DNA from: Planctomicrobium sp.
Lineage (GTDB): Bacteria > Planctomycetota > Planctomycetia > Planctomycetales > Planctomycetaceae
Assembly: GCA_035556335.1 (NCBI GenBank)
Contig: DATMFC010000109.1
Location: 1-46,079, forward strand
Direction: 5' to 3'
Length of the DNA: 46,079 nucleotides
Shown: piece by piece, positions 39,712 through 46,079 of the stretch
How the letters are laid out: the number at the start of each line of letters is the position of its first letter
Position numbering within the stretch: the first letter of the stretch is position 1
The notes under the pieces: generated by a model
The model's database searches: none
The model's input: the letters and a program-made list of their open reading frames with translations, nothing else
Told to the model about the DNA's origin: nothing
Made by a program: the position numbers and the translations under genes

Positions 39712-41163
39712 TCAAGGGTTCTTGAAATTTCTTAAAGGAAGTCGACGCTTGTCAAACAATTCATCCGGCAGTCTCACCCCAGCAGCACGCAGACGACTCA
39801 GGCACATTGGGCGATAACCAGTGAAGTAAAACTCTCCCTGAGCGATCCCCAGTTCGTCGACGCCGGTCTGTTCGAATCCGCAAATGTCTTCGAGATGGAA
39901 GCCTCCCTCCTTGACACCGATAATCTCCGAAATTTGCATCACTCGACGAACCCCACCTTTCAGACGGGACAGGTGGACGACCAGTGCTATCCCGGCAGCG
40001 ATGTATTGCCGAACCACCGGCACCGGCAGTTCAAAGCCGCTCATGGCGACCATCATTTCCAGTCGGGCCAGTGCATCGCGGGTGTCGTTGGCATGAATTG
40101 TGGTCAGCGATCCTTCGTGACCGGTGTTCATCGCCTGCAGCATGTCGAGAGCTTCCGCTCCTCGAACTTCCCCGACGATGATTCGATCCGGTCGCATACG
40201 CAGACTGTTTCGCACCAGTGCCCGGGGAGTGATCTCTCCGGCTCCTTCGTTATTGGGAGGACGTGTTTCCAGTCGCACCACGTGTCGGTGCTGTAACTGC
40301 AATTCCGCCGAATCTTCCACGGTGACCATTCGTTCGTCGGCGGGAATGAACTTCGTCATGGCGTTCAGCATGGTCGTTTTTCCGGCTCCCGTTCCCCCGG
40401 AAACCAGAAAGCTGACTCGACAGTCGACCGCTGAAGCGAGGAATTCCACCATGTCATTATGGACGGAATTGCTTTCGATGAGATCTTCGATCATCAATGG
40501 GTTTCTGCCGAATCGCCGGATCGATAACGTCGGGCCGTCCAGAGCGAGCGGCGGAATGATGGCATTCACGCGGGAACCATCCGGAAGCCGGGCATCGACC
40601 ATTGGACTGACTTCATCAATCCGTCGCCCAACCCGTGATACGATCCGATGAATGATCCGCATCAGGTGCGGCTCGTCAGCAAAGAGAACGTTGGTCGATT
40701 CAATACGACCGAAACGTTCCACATAAATTTCATGGGGATGATTCACCAGAATATCGGAGATGGTGTCATCCTGCATGAGCGGTTCAAGAGGGCCCAGTCC
40801 AAAGACTTCGTCGAAGAGTTCTTCCAGCAATCGTTCACGGATTGTGGAATTGAGCCGTGGCTCCTCCTCGGCGATGACGTCCGCGGCGACGACCCGTACT
40901 TCGGAGATCAATTCCTCCTGCGGGACATGTGCCAGCATCGACAAATCAAGCGAATCGACCAGCTTCTCATGAATGCGGACTTTGACTTTCTGATAGGCCA
41001 GTTCGTCAGCATCCACATTGTCGTCCCGATCTTCAGGAGCGATCATCAATGTGCGGGACTGGAGTGTACGTGACTGCATGGAACTCATCGTTTGCCAATC
41101 ATTAGGGCATGGTATTTTGCAGAAGCTTGTCCCAGTAGTTTGACGGGACAAGTTCAATTCCAT
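39712..41163 (-). CDS. cpaF: CpaF/TadA pilus assembly ATPase
   Basis: GLGPLEPL, MVDARLPDGSRVNA, Walker A GGTGAGKTT, LRMRPDRIIVGEVRG, and AMNTGHEGS. Start may be 41088. Confidence 0.95.
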   Translation of the reverse strand: MELNLSRQTTGTSFCKIPCPNDWQTMSSMQSRTLQSRTLMIAPEDRDDNVDADELAYQKVKVRIHEKLVDSLDLSMLAHVPQEELISEVRVVAADVIAEEEPRLNSTIRERLLEELFDEVFGLGPLEPLMQDDTISDILVNHPHEIYVERFGRIESTNVLFADEPHLMRIIHRIVSRVGRRIDEVSPMVDARLPDGSRVNAIIPPLALDGPTLSIRRFGRNPLMIEDLIESNSVHNDMVEFLASAVDCRVSFLVSGGTGAGKTTMLNAMTKFIPADERMVTVEDSAELQLQHRHVVRLETRPPNNEGAGEITPRALVRNSLRMRPDRIIVGEVRGAEALDMLQAMNTGHEGSLTTIHANDTRDALARLEMMVAMSGFELPVPVVRQYIAAGIALVVHLSRLKGGVRRVMQISEIIGVKEGGFHLEDICGFEQTGVDELGIAQGEFYFTGYRPMCLSRLRAAGVRLPDELFDKRRLPLRNFKNP

Positions 41164-41233
41164 CTCTCATCAAAGGAGAGAGAATTATGAGACAGGTGAC
41201 TGGCTGATTCAGTCTGCCAGTTGCAGAATCACT

Positions 41234-42295
41234 CTAATTTCTCACGGCACCCAAGCCACCGGGTGTGATGCCAGGACGGTCGTGAGCAATGGGAACCCGA
41301 ATTCGACCGCCGCGATCCAGCAGTTGTAAATCACTGTCATCGTCGATATCAAAAGCCAATATTTCCTTGCTCCCGGCTCGATAGATCTCAATTTCTTTCT
41401 TCGGCTTTGGGCGTGGAATTCCAAGCAGGTCGTTCAACGTGACTCGTTCGCTTCCATCTGCGAGCAGGCGTTCAATGGTGTCGGCGTCGGATGTGTTTCT
41501 CGCTTCGACGGCATGTCGGGCCAAGGCACCACTATGGTGACTGACCTGACCAATGCGAGGATCAAGATCACTCAAATCGACCGGGGAGAAGTTAAAAGTA
41601 TCGTTTGGATTCCGCAGGGCCAGACTCAATTCCCCACGACCTTCAACCACTTTCAGAACCTTGGCTTGAGAGGGAGTCACCGCGAGAGTGACTGTTCCTG
41701 ATTGCTTCAGGTCGACCTGGCTGTCAGGGAGGACAACCGTATTGAGAGCCAGCACCTGAATTCGTTCCAGAAGTGTTAACGTCTGTTCCGGGCGATCTTT
41801 CTCGGAATCGGCTCGAAACAGGACATCGACCATCGAGCCGGGGCGCGCAAACCCGACCAGTGCTCCGACTTCCTTGATGGGAACAGTGACGGCCCTGTAG
41901 CCCGGCTGCAGCCGCTCGTCAATCCCCATCCCTAATCCTTCCGGATATAGGAGATCGGGCATAAATGTTCCCCCTTTGGCAACAGGGACTTTGACCGCTC
42001 GTCCGACCATTTGTGCGGTGTCTCGCATGAACACTTTTCCGGCATAGGAAGACTTACCGAGTTGCTCAGGTGTAAACGAGAGGATCGAGATGTCAGCCAG
42101 GGTTAACACATGCCCTTTTCCCAGATCGAGTGCGGCCGTCGGCACATAGATCGTTTGGGGACCGTTACTCGAAGGGGGGAGTGGCGGAAGCCCCTGTGGG
42201 CGGTTCACCTGCTGGCGAACGACGAATGCTCCTCCCAAACCGATCAGCAACGCGAAAATGACAACCGTTAAACTTCCGGAATTGCCCTTTGACAT
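41234..42295 (-). CDS. cpaB: Flp pilus assembly protein CpaB/RcpC (SAF domain)
   Basis: N-terminal TM segment, PGYRAVTVPI, GFARPGSMVDVL, VTLAVTPSQA, and LSLALRNP. Confidence 0.88.
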   Translation of the reverse strand: MSKGNSGSLTVVIFALLIGLGGAFVVRQQVNRPQGLPPLPPSSNGPQTIYVPTAALDLGKGHVLTLADISILSFTPEQLGKSSYAGKVFMRDTAQMVGRAVKVPVAKGGTFMPDLLYPEGLGMGIDERLQPGYRAVTVPIKEVGALVGFARPGSMVDVLFRADSEKDRPEQTLTLLERIQVLALNTVVLPDSQVDLKQSGTVTLAVTPSQAKVLKVVEGRGELSLALRNPNDTFNFSPVDLSDLDPRIGQVSHHSGALARHAVEARNTSDADTIERLLADGSERVTLNDLLGIPRPKPKKEIEIYRAGSKEILAFDIDDDSDLQLLDRGGRIRVPIAHDRPGITPGGLGAVRN

Positions 42296-42384
42296 AAGCG
42301 TCTATCCCCTCTTGCTCCCGGCCTCGCAGGAATAGCAGGCCCGATATAGAAAACGTGTTGAATCTGGTCCGTCAGCATGGAAAG

Positions 42385-42400
42385 AGCAGATCCCATGCCG
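42385..42400 (-). promoter_or_regulatory. Candidate sigma-54 (-24/-12) promoter for the cpaB operon
   Basis: Minus strand reads CGGCATGGGATCTGCT = GG-N10-GC, close to TGGCAC-N5-TTGCW, about 90 bp upstream of cpaB. Confidence 0.5.
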
Positions 42401-42462
42401 AGGATCAAACGCTTGCCGTTGAGGGGAGGGAGACGCAGGGCGTGTGCGGGTGTTGAGACCGT

Positions 42463-43113
42463 CTACTGTTGTGTTCGTTCCCGAAAGCCGGGTAACGCTT
42501 CCAGAACACGTCGCAAGCGACCAATCGCACGGACATAGCGGATACTGGCGGCCTGTTCTGAGATTCCCAGCGCCCGGGCGGTTTCCGCGTTGGTCAGTTC
42601 TTCGAAATGCCGTAACGCCAGAACCTCACGGTCGAGGTCATTCATCCCCTCCAGCGCGACATTGAGCTGTTCCGTCAGTTCCGCTTTCAAGGCAATCTGA
42701 CTGGGAGTGGTCATTTCCCCCAGCAAGTGTTGTGATAGGGAGAACGACGTTGATTCCGGACTCCACCCCCTTGAGTTGGGGCGTTCCCGCGCAACGTCAC
42801 GTGACTGAGTTTCCATGTGGCGGCGATGGACATCAATCAGAGTTTGATTGACGATGAGTCGCAACCAGATAAAGAACGACTCCGGCGAATCGTAGAGAAA
42901 ATGTTCGATCCGTTTTTCGGCGTCGAGATAGGCCTCTTGAAGCACGTCGTCAGCATCCACCCGGCCGACCAGACGTTTGTTCATTCGAAACTGAACAATC
43001 CGCCAGAGCCGCTCGCGATAATAGTCAAACAACCGGGCCAGGGCCGTGCGATCGCCATGAATGACGTCGTTGACCAGACGCTCCAGTGTGGCCTCATCCA
43101 GTTGCGGAGACAT
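42463..43113 (-). CDS. ECF sigma-70 factor, planctomycete-type
   Basis: GDRTALARLF, RVDADDVLQEAY, FIWLRLIV, TPSQIA, and DREVLALRHFEELTNAETARALGIS. Confidence 0.92.
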   Translation of the reverse strand: MSPQLDEATLERLVNDVIHGDRTALARLFDYYRERLWRIVQFRMNKRLVGRVDADDVLQEAYLDAEKRIEHFLYDSPESFFIWLRLIVNQTLIDVHRRHMETQSRDVARERPNSRGWSPESTSFSLSQHLLGEMTTPSQIALKAELTEQLNVALEGMNDLDREVLALRHFEELTNAETARALGISEQAASIRYVRAIGRLRRVLEALPGFRERTQQ

Positions 43114-43755
43114 GCGAGGAAGACCGTCTTTTCGGGAATGGCTTTCGGGGGATTCGATTTATTCGCACGGCAGATTATGTGCCATCAATCAACGGCTATC
43201 ATACTGACAGGCATTGATTCCTGCAGGTCAAAATTTACGTAACCCTATGGAGATTAAACTATTTTCATTTCTGTGTCATTCCTGAAAGTTTCCTGGGAAT
43301 TCCTGGTGAAGATTGATGATTGGGGACTTTCTGGGTCAGAAAAAAATCGGAGCCAGACCGGGGTAACGAGGTTGAGACCCGCAATTCCCGCCGATACAAT
43401 CCTTGGCGCAATTCCAAACAAATGAGGAATCGACCGCACGCGGCACTCAGGTGAGACACTCCGCTCGGCGGAGAAGAGATCGACCAGCGACTCACACTTG
43501 ATTCAACAGAGATGAATTCAATTAAGGACGAGTTCGACAGGGACGACGAGAGTTTCTGGGAAAGCCGGACCGCACTTCGCTCGTAGTGAAGAATCTTTCG
43601 TTTCATCGAAAGGCAAGGTTCGCAGCAACGAAGGCGCATTGAAAGCCGCGAAGAAAACTTTTCAGAATCAGCGCTCTCCTTCCGCAAACAAGGTGAAGTG
43701 AACTGATTGCGAAAGTAGAATTCGCATACAACTTTATTTACTGGAGAATGTGGAC

Positions 43756-44775
<1,020 letters not shown>

Positions 44776-44873
44776 TAGAGCAGTTTGCTCTACCAGGTGC
44801 CCGCGCAGCACGGTTCTCGAACAAATAAACACTGTTCGTCGCGTGGCGTGGATGCACTCAGGTTGCTCTGATA

Positions 44874-44970
44874 AAGAACCAGAGAAAAGAAGAACCAAGA
44901 ACCAAAACATTTTGTGATCGTATCGAGCTCAGAATCCTTGGTTCTTGGTTCTTCTAATTTGGTTCCTGGC
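44874..44970. repeat. Inverted heptamer repeats (AAGAACC)n / (GGTTCTT)n
   Basis: AAGAACCAGAG...AGAAGAACCAAGAACCAA then TTGGTTCTTGGTTCTTCT...TTGGTTCCTGG between gap and rpe. Confidence 0.65.
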
Positions 44971-45005
44971 TCATACACGCATCACTTTTTCGAGAAACGT
45001 TGCAC

Positions 45006-45683
45006 ATGCCTTCTCCTGGCTTATCCGGACCATTGATTGCTCCTTCCATGCTGAAATGTGATTTCGGCAATCTGGAAGCGGAGATCTCGCGGCTGGAAGA
45101 TGCCGGAGCGAAATTGTTGCATCTGGATGTGATGGATGGGCACTTTGTTCCGAATTTGACGTATGGCCCTATGGTCATCGAACGAATTCGAGAACGAACC
45201 CATCTCCTGTTAGATGCTCATCTTATGATTGATGACCCTGGTCGCTGGCTGGACGAGTATCTTCGCGCCGGTTGCGATTGGGTTACAATTCATGTTGAGG
45301 CCTGCCCAGACCCGGTTCCAATCCTGAGAAAAATTCGGGAAGCGGGACGTCTGGCGGGAATAGCCCTGAACCCGGAAACCCCGGTCAGCGCACTGCAGTC
45401 GTGTGTCGGCGAGTGCGACCTTGTTCTGGTGATGAGCGTTCATCCCGGATTTGGTGGGCAAAAATTTCTCCCCAACTCGACGAACAAGGTCAAAGAGGTT
45501 CGCGAGTTGTTCGGCTCCGACGTGCTGATTTCGATTGACGGAGGGATTGGTCCTGTGACCGTTCCCGAAGTCGCCGCAGCAGGTGTGGAGGTATTTGTTG
45601 CCGGAAGTTCGATCTTTGATCAGAACTGCTACGACACCGCCATTTCAGAAATGGTGAGTCTGGCGGTCGCTGCTCGAACCTGA
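45006..45683 (+). CDS. rpe: Ribulose-phosphate 3-epimerase
   Basis: IAPSML, HLDVMDGHFVPNLTYG, DAHLMI, MSVHPGFGGQKF, and IDGGI. Confidence 0.97.
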   Translation: MPSPGLSGPLIAPSMLKCDFGNLEAEISRLEDAGAKLLHLDVMDGHFVPNLTYGPMVIERIRERTHLLLDAHLMIDDPGRWLDEYLRAGCDWVTIHVEACPDPVPILRKIREAGRLAGIALNPETPVSALQSCVGECDLVLVMSVHPGFGGQKFLPNSTNKVKEVRELFGSDVLISIDGGIGPVTVPEVAAAGVEVFVAGSSIFDQNCYDTAISEMVSLAVAART

Positions 45684-45706
45684 ACGGCGATTTTGGATGG
45701 ACTTAC

Positions 45707-46079
45707 ATGTCACGTTTTGTGATTCGGCCTGGCGAGACGGATTTCGACGTCCAGGATCGTATCCAGGGTGATCTGAACCTCCCGATGACTCATCGAGGAG
45801 AATGTCAGGTCGCCGAGATCATCGAGGCCCTGCGGGGTCGTCAACTCGATTTCATTTATAGTTCACCGAACGAGCCAGCCTTGTCTGCAGCGCAGCACGT
45901 TGCCCGGGCGTTGGACGTTCCGTTGAAAGTGCTGGACCAGCTCGGAAATGTGAATCTGGGACTCTGGCAAGGGTTATCCCGTTCCGAGATTCGCCAGAAG
46001 CAGCCTCGTCTGTTTCGACAATGGGAGGAAGAACCGGAATCGGTTTGTGCTCCACAAGGCGAAACCAGTGAAGAGGCTG
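45707..46079 (+). CDS. Histidine phosphatase (phosphoglycerate mutase-like) family protein, 3'-truncated
   Basis: Not in the ORF track because it has no stop in the window. Translates as MSRFVIRPGETDFDVQDRIQGDLNLPMT...IYSSP...NLGLWQGLS...APQGET. Confidence 0.85.
   Translation, partial: MSRFVIRPGETDFDVQDRIQGDLNLPMTHRGECQVAEIIEALRGRQLDFIYSSPNEPALSAAQHVARALDVPLKVLDQLGNVNLGLWQGLSRSEIRQKQPRLFRQWEEEPESVCAPQGETSEEA

Noticed and set aside
43114-43749. ncRNA/riboswitch (c-di-GMP-I-like GGCAA...GCGCA...AAAGCC near 43610-43650) or the 140-aa ORF 43265-43687
   Set aside because: Stems and spacing do not fit the consensus, and the ORF is Ser-rich with no motif. An Rfam/Infernal scan would settle it.

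Overview
Planctomycete (Planctomycetaceae-like) chromosome segment, judged from three DUF1559 prepilin-like genes, a DUF1549/DUF1553-DUF1501 pair, a planctomycete-type ECF sigma factor and a sulfatase. About 1-36 kb is an accessory catabolic region. It opens with a glycan-enzyme run: an unknown 896-aa secreted protein, an atypical GH29, a Tat serine hydrolase and a sulfatase. Two similar modules follow, each GntR + DUF1559 pilin-like protein + small lipoprotein. They bracket genes that look like an uncharacterised, non-phosphorylative pathway for N-acylated sugar acids: 2 AstE/AspA deacylases, enolase-superfamily dehydratase, RraA/HMG aldolase, M24 peptidase, SDR, PLP enzyme, DapA-family lyase, HEAT-sialidase, MFS and SSS transporters. 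A RAYT tyrosine transposase with perfect 34-bp flanking REPs is inserted in one module. Intergenic DNA holds at least five small repeat/MITE families, two of them nested inside IS-like terminal inverted repeats. About 36.7-46 kb is more core-like: a DUF3365 heme protein, a reduced tad operon (cpaB-cpaF-tadB-tadC) with a candidate sigma-54 promoter, the ECF sigma factor, gap, rpe and a truncated, probably inactive histidine-phosphatase homologue. No rRNA, tRNA or CRISPR array was seen. All family calls come from recognising motifs by eye; no searches were run.
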